The notes under the pieces were generated by a model. That model saw only the letters and a program-made list of their open reading frames with translations, ran no database searches and was not told the origin of the DNA. Positions 9,863 through 22,242 of a stretch of 64,000 nt of DNA are shown here, piece by piece. Numbering within the stretch: the stretch's first letter is position 1; each line of letters opens with the position of its first letter. The translations under genes and the position numbers were made by a program. This DNA is from Macrostomum lignano (lineage: Eukaryota), in NCBI GenBank assembly GCA_002269645.1, contig NIVC01003682.1, forward strand, positions 19,138 to 83,137, written 5' to 3'.

Positions 9863-12800
9863 ATGCCCAGATCTTCAATGATGAGGCGTGACCGTCTGAG
9901 GACCAACCCGGCGGGTGGGTCCAATGATGATTTAACCACACTCACGCAAAACAGTGATCCTAACCTGCACATCGTGCAGATTAATCTGCACCACGCGGTC
10001 GCAGCCTCCAGCAGCCTCACCGACACCCTCGATGGCACCGGTGTTGACATCTACCTCATCCAGGAGCCTTACACCGTGAGAGGTAAGCCCACCCTGCTGC
10101 CGAAAGGCTACCAGATCCTCTTCCTCTCTGGAGGGGAAACCCCTAGGGCCATTGCTCTGGTCAAGTACGAGCTCGCAGCCATGCTCATGCCGATGTTTTG
10201 CAATAAAGACATCTGTACCTTCACCGTGAACGGGATGATTTTCTCATCCGTCACCCCTCCTGCAGGATCTCGCAAACTATTGTATCATCGAGAACCGGAA
10301 CCTCATTATTGGTTGCGACGCTAATGCTCACAACACTGCGTGGGCTAGCAGTAACACTAACCTCAGAGGTAGTATGCTTATTGATTTCATTGATTCGAAT
10401 TTGCATATTTGCAACTTGGGGCGTAAACCCACCTTTGCGAATGCTAGCAGGAAAGAGGTCATTGATCTCACCCTTGCGTCCAGTAGCATCCTTAATCGGA
10501 TTCAAAATTGGAGGGTCAGAGACGACATCCCCTCGCTCTCGGACCATTTCTACATCCATTTCAGCGTCACAGCTGGCGGCGCTCGCGTCACCAAGGCGAA
10601 CCGTCCCAATTTAAAAAGGGCGGACTGGACTGGCTTCTGAAGGGACCTTGAGTCTCTGATCAGCAGAGAACCGGCCGATGACCTGGAAGGCTGCGATGAT
10701 ATTCCGAGCATTGAAGCACGCTGCAACAAACTTGTCGAGCTGCTTAATGCGGCCACGATCAAGAACGCTCCTCCGATTGTCAGTAGAAAGAAGTACTCAC
10801 CTTGGTGGAACAAGGAGCTCACCCGCTTAAAAAAGGCCTCCCGTCGGCTGCATCGGATTGCCAACCGGAACAACACCCCAGAAGACTGGGAGAACTACCA
10901 CTCTGCTTTGAGAATCTACAAGAGTTGCATCCGGAAGGCCAAAAAGGACACCTGGAAGGCCTTCTGCGCCGGTTTAGAGGGCCAGCATCCTACTGCCCGG
11001 CTGGTCAAGTCCCTCAGGCATGACAACCTCGCCCAGTGTAACTCCCTCCTCCATTTGGATGGCAACTATTCCAGAACCGCCGAGGAATCCCTCAATCTGC
11101 TTTTCTCAGCTTGTTTCCCCACATGCGAGCATCCTGAGCAAATCGTTGCTGATCACAACCCAAGAGATCGACAGCTTTTCGAGCAGTGCGCCACCAAGAG
11201 CTTAATTCAGCTGGCCGCCAACACTTTTAAGCCGTTCAAAGCCCCCGGCATTGACAATATCGCCCCCTGTGTTCTCCAGGAAGCGGTTAAGCTGCAGAGC
11301 TTCTCTGCCTTTTTCTCTAAGCTCATCATTGACTGTTTCACCACTGGGTACATTCCCACTATCTGGAGGACCGCTCGGGTGGTCTTCATCCCCAAGCCTG
11401 CCAAAGGCGACTATTCTAATGTGAAATCTTTCCGCCCCATCAGCCTTACATCCTTCTGCATTAAGCTGATGGAGAGACTCATCTTGTGGAGGCTGCGCTA
11501 CTGCGAGTTAAGGACGGCACCCATAAGTAAGCACCAATTCGCCTTCCAGCCAGGTAAAACCACCGAGCACGCTTTGCATGTTATTACCTCAGCCATTGAG
11601 AAAGCTATCCTGAGTAAGCAGATTGCCTGTGGGCTTTTCTGCGATATCGACGGGGCCTTCAATAACGTTTTGTTTGGCTCCTTCAGTGACTCCCTTTTGC
11701 AGAAAAAGGTCCGACCCAGCATTGTGCGTTGGATCGACTTTATGATCCGGAACAGGAAGGTGACTTCCTCCCTCATGGATGCCACCTGCACTCACACGGT
11801 TACTAAGGGCGGAGCCCAAGGTGGAGTGCTCACCCCGCTGCTCTGGAATCTCGTGATGGACGAGCTCCTGACGGCTGACGTCCCCAGCAGCATAGTCAAG
11901 GCTGGCTACGCTGATGATGTCGCTGCTATTGTCAGTGGCCCTGACACCAGTACCCTCCGAAGCTTAATGCAGCAGTTCGCCGATAAGGCGCAAGCCTGGG
12001 CTACCCGGCACGGCCTAACCATTAGCACCGCTAAGACGGTGTCCATTATCTTCACCAGGAAGCGGAAGTGGAGCATGCGGAACCTCACCATCTACGGTAA
12101 GGACATACCCTTAGTCAAGGAAACTAAGTATCTAGGTGTGACGCTCACCCACGATCTGCGTTGGACCAAGCACGCTGACAATGTCATCGGGCGCGCCAGG
12201 CGCTGCTTTGCGCAGGTGAGGAGAGCCATCGGGCCTACTTGGGGTCTTTCTCCCAAGACGGTCAGATGGATTTACACCGGCATCGTTCGGCCCAGTATCA
12301 CCTACGCGTGTGTTATCTGGTCCAGTGCGTTGGAGTTGAAGACTGTACGGGATCGGTTGTACCAGCTGCAGGGTAACATCTGCCGAGCCATCACCGGTGC
12401 GTATCCATCCACCCCTTACGAGGGGCTCAACACCATCCTCAGCATGCCTCCGCTGCATTTGTTCATTAGAGCTGAGGCGATGAAGGGCGCCGCGCGTCTC
12501 ATCTGTGATAAATTTATTGCTAACACGCCCTCGGGCTTCATGCCTGAGAAGACTCTTTTCCCACATCTGGACTATATCCGTCGCGATCTTCAACGCATCC
12601 ACCTCAATTTAGACGAGGTGGACTGCAGATCCCCCACTCTCATCCTCAGGAGGGGCTTCAAGTGTACTCTTCCACCGAGAGGGAGTCACCCGCTGGACGT
12701 GGGCATCAACCGGAGAAGCCAGGGTATTCACTGCTTCACTGACGGATCCCTGCGTGACGGTCTCGCTGGTGCAGGCATTGCCATTTTCCACAAGGGTGAA

Positions 12801-13625
12801 GCGATCTTACAAGAGAGTCTTCATCTTGGTGAGAATGTCTCGGTTTTTCAATCCGAAGTTGTAGCTATCAACCAGTGCGCTGAGCATTTGCACAAAGCTG
12901 GCATCAGCAGCTTTGACATTTATTTTTACTCTGACAGCCAGGCCGCTATTAAGGCCTTGTCTTCTATCAAGCTCTCAACCAAGTCAGTCTCAGACTGCCT
13001 CAAAAGCTTGCAGACCCTAGCGATTCTCAACAGGATCAATGTTATCTGGACACCAGGCCATAGCAACATCCTCGGCAACGAGCTTGTGGATCAGCTTGCC
13101 AAGCGGGGTTGCACCCCTGATGGAGCGCAACGCTCAGTCAAGTTACCTTCTCCGAAGTCATCAATCAACCGCGCCATTCAAGATTGGCTGAACCGCCAGC
13201 ATCAGACTCACTGGGACAGCTGCTCCGGATACCGGCAAGCACGAAAGGCTATGCCTGCCATTAACCGGAAAGTATCCGAATATCTAATCTCCTTAAGTAA
13301 AACTGACCTGAGGGAGATGTGCATGGTCATTACTGGCCATGGCTTCTTCCAGAGACATATTTCACTGCAAAGTGGCTGCTCCCCTATCTGCCCATTCTGT
13401 GATTTAGAGGAGGAAACCTCGACGCACCACGTCACTTTCTGCCCGCACTTCAACGAGGCGCGGAGGCGTCACCTCGGTCACCCGCTAAGGCTTGACGAGC
13501 TCACCACTCCGGACCGTATCCGTGATCTACGTGCATTCGTTCGGGATTCTGGGCGGATGAAAATCGCAGACGCCACTCTCGCGAGCTCTTCTGCCGGCGA
13601 GGGGTGGGCGCAGCCCCAAGGCTAA
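9863..13625 (+). pseudogene. LINE ORF2 (endonuclease-RT-RNase H) with one frameshifting lesion (~10250) and one premature TGA (10638-10640)
   Basis: [33 protein letters not shown] (APE); GGAQGGVLTPLLW, GYADD (RT); FTDGS, FQSEV, YSDSQAA, WTPGH, GNELVD (RNase H); CPFC...HHVTFC (CCHC). Confidence 0.9.
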
Positions 13626-15344
13626 CGCCTTTCTGTTTCTGTTTAGCTTGGGGTTGCGATAGGGGCCTCGCGGCCTGTTCGCGGCGCTCTGCCCCCCGTC
13701 GGTAGTAAGTAAGTAAGGGGCAAAACGGGCAAACGAGGGAAGGGATCAGCAGCAACAGACAGACAAAAGGAGGGAGGCGGGAAGCTGACCAGCGGCAGAC
13801 AGCAACCCAGGGCGAGGGCGAGGGCAAGGGCGACTGCTGACAAAGTGCGACGCCTAACACCAACTAGCGGATCACTACACTTACATGTAGTTAAAACAGC
13901 AATTTAATATTTTTAAAATCACCTTGTGCAGATCAATCAAACTACTTCCATGCATAGCGTCTGCTGATTTCTGCTTTTACTTCTTAGTTGCTCAGGGTCT
14001 TACAACTGAACCGGGGATGTACGGGCGTGTAAGTTAACTTGCATGTTACATCTAAGTGTTACATCTTGACAGCTATAACAGAACAAAGTCGAGTTAAAAC
14101 AAACTGACTAGATGAATTGTATTTATAGTACTGCTGCATCAACTTTAAATATTTTGAAGCCACAAAATGTATATAAAAATACGATTCTATTGCCTTTACT
14201 CTCGAATGAAATAGAGGACTTAAACTTTTAATTCTACTGCTTTTTCCGAGAAATCTAACAGTCTTTGTTGTTGCTGATGCTGATGATGCCCATTTGAATC
14301 GAACAAAGGCCATACGCCCATAACCACATAATTCTCGATTTCGAAACTCGAACTAATACTCGTCATACCCATGAACACGGTGTCTTGACTGCTGATTTTG
14401 GTTCCTTTTTAAATAGTTAATGTGGTTTAAATATCTGTTGGCGTTGCATCTATCTATGCAATAGGCCCTAGCCTAGGTAGGCCTATTGTCTATTTAGTAT
14501 TGACCAGCTGTCCAGACTCCAGAGCAGTTATACATGTAAAACTTTGCTGCTATGTAAATGAATAGTAGAGCAGACGAAATTGTATACAATGCCAATAAAA
14601 GAGTAGGCCTAACAGCCATTTTTTCTACAAGCAAATGATAGAAAGACTGCTAAAAATAAAGACTGACCTTCCTTATAAAGGCATCTTTAGCTTACATGAG
14701 AGATTCTCTAATTTTAACTGAATGCAGCTTTGAAAAATGTATGCGAAGTACATGCAAAGTTCAGCTTTTTGTTCAAGTTCCTAAGTTCAAAGTTCAGGTT
14801 GTTGATAGGCCTATATATAATATTGTAAAATCTAATATATAATTTTAGTAGGCAATGTAAATCATTTTGATAAGAATTTTGAATCAGAAATCAAATGGTC
14901 AATAACTTTTACAAGTAGTAAATGGGTTTGTTAAAGATGAATAAAATTTTTTTTGAAATTCATATTTGAATTTATGCAATTTTGGTTATAGCTTTATGTT
15001 TGTAGCTTTGGTTGACTTTAATTTCTAGAGACAGATAATAAAACATTTATTTTAATAAATGGCAATAAATAAATAAACTTACTTTTATAATTAAAGGCAT
15101 AGGCTAATTATTGGATGTCACTTTGGCGACAGTCATTTTGGGCAACATATTTGGATCACTTTGGCGACAATTAGCTAAATATTGTAAGGGGAGAGAGGAG
15201 CAGGCAGAGACTGCAAGTCTAGCTGTGAGGGGAAAGAGAGGAGGAAAGGAGAGAGAAAGAAGAACAGACAGACGACAGACAGACAGACAAATTGAGAAAG
15301 TACAAATACTCTTCAAACTACCATATGAAAATACATGTAATTTA

Positions 15345-16185
15345 CAGTGTTGGGCAAGTTACTCAAAAAAAGTAACTTGCGTTACTGTAACTTAAGTTAC
15401 CAATTTTTAAAAGGTAACTTACGTTAGCCTAGTAACTTTAGACAAAAATCTGGTAACTTTTAAGTTACTGTCCGTTACTCACTTCCGTTACCCATGTTAT
15501 TAACAAAAATTTTCAGCTTTTTTTCACATTGCACATTTTTTCACATTGTTGTTACCGAAATTTGCCATTGGGCATTGGGATTAACCGATTAACAGACAGA
15601 GACAGGAATTGGCGACACGATGTGAGGCAAGTAGAAGGACCAATGGGCAATGGCAATCAATAATTAAAATTATAAATGATAAAATAAACGAATATCAATA
15701 ATTCAATAGAGTAAAATAAATAGAACTGTATAAAATGGTGTAGTGTACTGCAGTGCCAGTGGAGGGACTTGTGGAGGCTACAGATGAATTTCTTTCTTTG
15801 GTTGTTTGTTTGAATCAAACTTGAAAATTTTTAGTAACGAAAATGAAAGGCGACAATATTTTACCGAAATTAACAAAGTAAAACATGTTTCAAGTATTTC
15901 TTCATTAATTAAACGCAATACCATATGATACTATTCACTTAATTTTGAATTTAGGAATGAAAAATGCAAAAACATGTGACAACCGGCGTAATAGCTAAGC
16001 ATTTCAGTTTTAAATTTAAATATTGCGATTGTTGCAAAGTAACTGTAACGGACTTCTGAAATTTGAGTAACTTACCGTTACTCCGTTACTAAAATAAAAA
16101 AGTAACTTGCGTAAGGAACGCTTTACGAAAAAGTAACTTGCGTTACCATTTGCAAGTTACTCGGTAACGGAAGTGCCCAACACTG
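15345..16185. mobile_element. hAT-type MITE, 841 bp
   Basis: TIRs CAGTGTTGGGCA...TGCCCAACACTG; perfect 8-bp TSD gtaattta (15337-15344 and 16186-16193); many subterminal gtaac/gttac motifs. Confidence 0.9.
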
Positions 16186-16193
16186 GTAATTTA

Positions 16194-17480
16194 CCTGGAC
16201 ATGTCAAACAGAGTGATGAGCTGTAGAAAAGCATTTGCTACCAGTATTCCTTTAAGCTCAAAGAATGCCCGGGAAATCTCGGCACTCGGCAAAAATGGCA
16301 GTGCCATCAACTTTCTGCAAAGGCGCTGGGTGCCATCATCAGTTGGCATATGCAATTTGCAGTCTGACAGTCTGTACGTGACGCCACACCACCTGCGTAT
16401 AATGGAACACGCATCCCTGGATTTGGCCATTTGAGAAGACCTAGCGCAAGGCGCGCCACATGGCTGCCTCGTAGTCCAGGACAAAGCGTGACGGGCTAGA
16501 AGGAAAGGGAGGCAAATAATTATTAAATGCATGTTGCTTATATTTTTATACGCATGTAGGAAGTACATGTACAAAATGCATCTGCATGAAAAACACTCAC
16601 GCTGCAAAAGGAATAAGTTCCATAATGGCTTGTAGGACCTTCCTATAGTCTTTGCGCCTTTTCCCCAACATAAGCACGAAAATAAGTGGAACCTGCTTGC
16701 GGCTGGCTTTGCTAGTACTCAAAACTAATGCGTGTATACTGTACAGTTGCACGAAAGGATGTTGCACTACACGAAATGTGCCATCCATGTACCAGGCTTT
16801 GGCCCAGGCAAGGAGAGACAGCATTTCTCTCGTAGCAAAGATGATATGCCGATAACCATCGGAGTGGATGTCTATTTGCAGGAATCCCTTTGAGATAGCA
16901 TTCTGCTCCAGTTCGAACTGTAGATCAGATAGCTCATCTGGACAAGCTTGCCAGCATTGACAATTCGCCGCTTGCGCCAGATTTGCAGCATTTGGTACAC
17001 TGCTGGTGTGGCTTGTATGAAGTAAAATAAGAGATTTTAGAGGTATAGTGTACAGAAGACAGGAGAGATGGTGGAGAGAAAGAGAGGAGAGAGTAGAGAG
17101 AGAAGAGGAGGCAAGAGGCAAAGGTATGGTAATAAAGATAAGGTACATATGTAAGTTGCTTACAGTGAACTGATCCATTGTGTGAAGAATCTCCTCACAA
17201 GCAACCTGATTTGCCGAGACAAACAGGTTAGCGGCAGCACGGCCAATTACTTGTTGTCGAAGCCAAGCTCTTTCAGCTGGAGAATGCTCAGGAGGGTCAC
17301 AATGCTGGATCAGTCCCTTGGAGAAAGTGAGTTAAAAGGTCCCTTGAAACTGTTGCATGACAATGAGTATGCAAGTTGTATTTGGCGCATCTTTAGTATA
17401 TATTGCTGCCACATCAATGGCTGATGACAAATGTGTAGCCACCATCAACAACAAGCATATCCTTCTGCTTAGTGGAACCA
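16194..17480 (-). pseudogene. MULE transposase remnant with FLYWCH-like N-terminus, interrupted by introns and stops
   Basis: KDMLVVDGGYTF...IY*RC...C-HA (FLYWCH-like, W to stop); WYMDGTFRVV, QLYSIH, VPLIFVLM; after a gtgagt..ttctag intron, FVLDYEAAMWRALR*VF...IQGCVFHYTQ and RKLMALPFLP (MULE DDE domain). Confidence 0.8.
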
Positions 17481-18029
17481 GAATCGACAATCTTGGACTC
17501 AGGGCAGTTGTCATCCATGGCCATTCAAGGAGCTGGATCACTCATGTTGATCGACTCTGTGTCCTTACCACCTTGAAAACTCATGGCACCTGGCCCCTGG
17601 TCAGTAGTTGCACCAGCTGCACCTTCATGGGTGTTCGCAATTGGAGCGATTGTGGCAGCACCAGTTGGCAAGTCATCTGCAGCAGGTGCAGCTGCATTGT
17701 CAGCAAAATTGACATGTGGATATATGGCAAAGGAAGAAGGCACTGTCACAGCCTGCTCTATTTGCTGGCAGAGACTGCAAGTCCAGCTGAAATATTCATC
17801 CTCTTCACACAAAAAACAATATTCAATGGCAGACACTCCTAAAAATATAATACAGATCATATATATATATTAAAAGTTGCAGAGTGTGGGACAGTGTGAC
17901 AGTGAAAAACTAGCTAAATATCAATAAAAATGATAATCATCCTCTAAGAGACAGAGTGCAAGATTAGAGAGGGAAAGAGAGAGAGAGAAAAAGAGAGAAA
18001 GAGAGATAGAGAGAAAAGAGGTCACGGCG

Positions 18030-18900
18030 TGTTTAAAAAAATCAAAAGACTAATTAATTTAATATGGGCTACCGGTTTCGAGCCTCTAGGCTCTTTGTCA
18101 GGCCAAAAACCAGTGTTTCATGCAGTGCAAGTTGGTCTTTTAAGTATTAGTTTTCTCAGTCTAATAAAATTGCTGAGCTGCTGTACATATGAGGGGTATA
18201 CATTTAAACTGGGTTCATTCTAGCTCTACCTTGTCCCAGAGGCTTTCAACCAGTCAGTTTAAGCGACGGTATATTTAGTATATTAAAAAAATTGTTTTTT
18301 CGAAGTACAATTAAATAAAATGCGGTATTGAGGGTGGGAGCATAAAAATCGATATTTGTGCGTACAGTCAATCAGTTTGAATAAAATACATGACAAAGTG
18401 AATAAATATTGTAGTTCTATAGGTAAAAAGAGCGCATTGATTAAAACAATTCAATGGTTTCCTGGCTAGGACTTAAACTTATTGGGAGCCAGGAGGCTTT
18501 GTAAATTTTGTTGCTGTGTAAATGTGGGTAGTATGCGGGAGCCTGGTTTATTTTGTAGCTTCTCAAAGTTTTTAGCAATCTCATTGGCAAGCCAGACCAT
18601 AGATGGGTGAAAAGGAAGGACCAGTGGAATGGGTCAGAGAAGATGATTGTTGACCCTAATGTTCGTACCTGGCGGTTTGTCAGTCCCCAGTTTTTTTAAT
18701 CCAGATTTCTTCCCTTAGTTCGATTTTGTTGTTATTAAGAACTTGTTTGATAGCAATGGAGACAAAGTTTGCAATCGAGTGATTGGGGGTGAGAAAGTGC
18801 TCAGATCCCGAAGTAACAACTCTCCTGTTAATATTTGACCTGTGCTGGTTCATTCTATCTCTCATTGTTCTTCTAGTTCTTCTGTTCTTCTGTTCTTCTA
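18030..18900 (-). mobile_element. 5'-truncated Penelope-like element fragment (GIY-YIG C-terminus plus 3' region)
   Basis: TRRTMRDRMNQHRSNI...SEHF...H...EEIWIKK, then after a 1-bp shift in an A run LGTDKPPGTN, matches the PLE motif E..WI..L.T..P.G.N. It is flanked by a ~65-bp imperfect duplication (17944-18008 and 18903-18965). Confidence 0.75.
18067..18104 (-). ncRNA. Minimal type I hammerhead ribozyme motif (probably G8A-mutated)
   Basis: Minus strand GGC-CUGACAA-A-GAGCC(UAGA)GGCUC-GAAACCGGUA-GCC: stem I 3 bp, stem II 5 bp, palindromic ACCGGU stem III, GUA cleavage triplet. The core reads CUGACAA instead of CUGANGA. Confidence 0.7.
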
Positions 18901-18965
18901 TATCTAAGAGACAGAGTGTGAGATTAGAGAGAGAAAGAGAGAGAGAGAAAAAGAGAGAAAGAGAA

Positions 18966-19034
<69 letters not shown>

Positions 19035-19639
19035 TGTACTTTGCTCACCTGTGTTACACTTCTAATGATACCAATGGTCGCACCCGTTGCATTGCAGAGC
19101 ATGATGTTGAACGGAGACAAGCTCAAAACAAACGGGGCAGTTATAACTTATAGGTGTCGCTTTGCATTGTTGAATTAAGGTACAAATTATAAGTATTGAT
19201 CCTCTTCAGATGATGTGTTGGTAAAAGTTGGTAAATCGCAGCACAGTTAAAGTTACATGTACATGTAGGCAGCTCATACATGTATTTAATGTATTCAGAG
19301 AAGGATGGTCTTTTCCCATTCTATTAATACCCAGCTTTGTAAGTTAACCTGTACAACTAATGCATTGTCGTGTAAATCAATTCTAGGTATAAATCTCAAG
19401 CAGTGGGAGGTCGAATATGAAACACTAAACATAGGCTAGTACATACCAGTATGTATTGTGTATGAGCACAATGTGCTCGAGGTGTGGAAGAGTAGAGCAA
19501 GGTGATAAAATGTGGGTAGGCTGAACTATGCATTGCATTTTAAAATGAATGTATGAATCCAAAGAGAGATATACTAAAACAAATATGCACATAGAGGCGC
19601 ATTATTGAATATACGCAAGTACAGTACAGTGTATATGCA

Positions 19640-19755
19640 AGCAATATTATATATTTAAGGGATATTATATATTTAAGTGATATTATATATTTAAGCGATA
19701 TTATATATTTAAGCGATATTATATATTTAAGCGATATTATATATTTAAGCGATAT
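19640..19755 (+). repeat. 18-bp AT-rich tandem repeat (gatattatatatttaagc), ~6 copies
   Basis: Read directly; LKYIIS repeats in ORF 19540..19920. Confidence 0.9.
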
Positions 19756-20793
19756 TATTACTAGGATTAGCACTATGCTTATGCAATATATGTCTGTTGC
19801 CAAAGTAATCCAAATGTGTCGCCAAAGGGACTTGTCACCAAAGTGACTTGTAGCCGAAGTGATTGGTGACCACCTTAGATGATATCTTTTTGCTAGGAAA
19901 ATTCTGGTACATAGAAGCATTCTTAGGCTAATATCTTAGCAGATGCCATAGTCTGGATCATTATATCATACTGGGTACATGCCTAAACAAAAATCAAATA
20001 ATTATAAATGCACACCAAAAAATTGAATGCATGCCTATTCTCAAAACTACGAGGTGTTATGACAATAATGAACTTACATTGTGACAATAAAAGACCTTTT
20101 CTAAATTGTGCAATTGACCTTTTTTGGCAAATAATTTAGTTAATTTTTTTGCCTTTTCAATGATAATATTCATAATGAAAAAACTACATGCAAAGATTTG
20201 CTTAAATACTTTATTACAAACTTTAAAAACCTGGAAAACTTAAAATTTATGCTTAAAAATGAACCTTTTTTCATCTTTTTTCTACTTCACAATAACTCTT
20301 CCACGTGATTCTATGAAATGAATGTTAGGTATACATGTACAATATTTTCTTAGGAGTAATACACGCCAACTGTGCATGCTTATTTTGGCATGCAAGGCCA
20401 ATGCACACCCAATTTTTGGGTGTATACTACATGATCTGGAGTGTGGAGCAGATGCAGCATAAGATATGCTATGTCCATTGTATTTGATATAATACATGGA
20501 ATAGTATATAACATAATGCAACAAATATAAAAAAGGATAAAAGCAACTATTTATTGAGAAAGTGTAGTTGTAATTATGGATAGTTATAAAAATGAACTAT
20601 TATTGATAATTAAATACAGACAAAAAGCCTACATTAGAAAATGATACATGAAAAAAATATTAAAACAAAGTTGTCAATACAAAGTTGATTTTGAAAATAA
20701 TGGGATTATTTTTTGTTTTTGGCCTTTGAATAAACTGTAGCTTGATTAATCATGATCTTAGTCATAACCACAAATAAGTAATCATGCTTGGGT

Positions 20794-20937
20794 GCAACCT
20801 AGGGATTCACCCGGCCATTTCTATTGGCAACATATATGGCTATTGAATAAAATAGTAGTCATGTAACTGCTCTCAGCCAATAGCAACTTACATGTGTGTG
20901 TTGCCAATAGAAACAGCTGAGTGATTCCCAAGGTTGC
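20794..20937. mobile_element. Small MITE-like element with ~40-bp imperfect terminal inverted repeats
   Basis: gcaacctagggattcac...tttctattggcaaca versus tgttgccaatagaaa...gtgattcccaaggttgc. Confidence 0.55.
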
Positions 20938-21643
20938 GCATGTATAAAAGTAATAAATTGTATTTTCAAAAGTTTTTTGTTTAATTTACAAAATATATTA
21001 AGCATATTGGCAGAAAGGTAATAGAATTGTAATAAACAAGCAATTGAATAGTTTTAGAAAGGCAGGTCACCATTTCAAGTCTATGGCTACTATTGCATAC
21101 CACTAAAGTCAATTTATCTTAACTTGAGCCCTTACTATCCCAACTACGAGTACAATGTGTATGTGGCATCAGATAGAATATCTCTTCTGTTTAAGTCCCC
21201 AAGCCCATGAATTTAAGAGCTTTCCTCATATTGACAGTGAAAAAACCATCTTTTAACATTAGTCTCAACCATCCCTATCGTACAATGGGCATATGGCATC
21301 AAAAGTCCTTGTTGCTTAAGTCCTTAGCCCTAGCCCCTAGGGACTTATAAGCTCACCTCACAAAAGCTTTGAAACTGGCAACATTGATTCATTTCTTAAA
21401 CTTTTTCACTGCTCTACCCCCACCAATCAACTCAATGGCTCCAATAGTCTTTTAAGTCTTACAAGTTATTGAGTGGCCTAGATACAGGAACTAGATATGG
21501 AAATATGCGCTCCTGTAACCATATCTGTATCCAGAGTTACAATGAAACTCTAAATCATACGTTGCACTTTTCTACAGCCTTCCTGGCCAACTTTGCTCTT
21601 GTCTTTCATTGGACACTCTGCCAAGCGCCAAGTCCATTATTAG

Positions 21644-22021
21644 TTGGCCATGGAGCTGCAGCAGCAGCAGCAGCAGTCTCATTATCACCAAGCCAGTGGG
21701 TTGCTCCGCTCTGTTCAAAGCTGCGAAGATGTTCAACAACTGATTCCTAATGCTACTGTCAGTAGTTCGGTTGGACAGGGCGCATCTAGCGGCAATGATC
21801 AGCTGATGCTGTCCGCGGCTAGGGAAGAGCGCGCCACCTCCACTGTGCTGCCCAGTAGTCAGCAGGCGGCCACCAGCACCTCGGATCTGTTGGACGCCTG
21901 CGGTGGCGTTGGCAGCGGTATTCAAGAAGGCTGTCCGCTTGTTGTCTGGCACTGCCGCTCGCCGTCCTCGCAGCTGTGCGACCAGCAGCAACATATGGCT
22001 ACCGGCTCTGCTGAATGCGCG
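21644..22021 (+). CDS. Candidate first coding exon of the MARCH-type ligase gene (low-complexity Q/S/A)
   Basis: GC-rich 126-codon ORF from ATG ending at a strong gcg|gtgagt donor (phase 0), compatible with the acceptor at 23815. No recognisable domain. Confidence 0.4.
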
Positions 22022-22242
22022 GTGAGTCTGGGTTTTTGTTTAGTTAGCTAAGCTGTGTACTTATTTTGAGCACACACATGCTCTCACAGGGGCCCTGACT
22101 TCCAATCGCCAGGCATGTACACTCTCTGTGCCTTTAGGGTTGGCCCTCGTGGGCGAGAATCGCGGAGGGAGGGATGAAATCAAAGAGGGGAGAGGAGAGA
22201 AGAAAGAGATGAGAGAAAGACAAGAGAAGAGAATGAAATGAG

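Larger units (their letters stand above)
8394..13716 (+). mobile_element. Near full-length non-LTR retrotransposon, LOA/I group (APE endonuclease, RT, RNase H, CCHC finger)
   Basis: ORF1 plus ORF2 as below; 3' GC-rich stem-loop followed by a (GTAA)n tail at 13705-13716; candidate TSD aaggggcaaaacggg at 8362-8376 and 13715-13729. Confidence 0.85.
7460..13885 (-). mobile_element. Possible LTR-like/non-autonomous element (7460-8393 plus 13730-13885) interrupted by the LINE
   Basis: On the minus strand it begins TGTAGTGATCC and ends CATTGCACA (TG..CA), with a TATAAATAGG box at about 8020-8029, and is bordered by tacatgt on both sides. No clean TSD could be resolved. Confidence 0.3.
15117..19871 (-). 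mobile_element. Degenerate Mutator-like (FLYWCH-MULE) DNA transposon hosting nested insertions
   Basis: Degenerate inverted ends built from tcactttggcgaca units (15117-15170 versus reverse complement of 19795-19871); transposase remnants inside. Confidence 0.55.
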
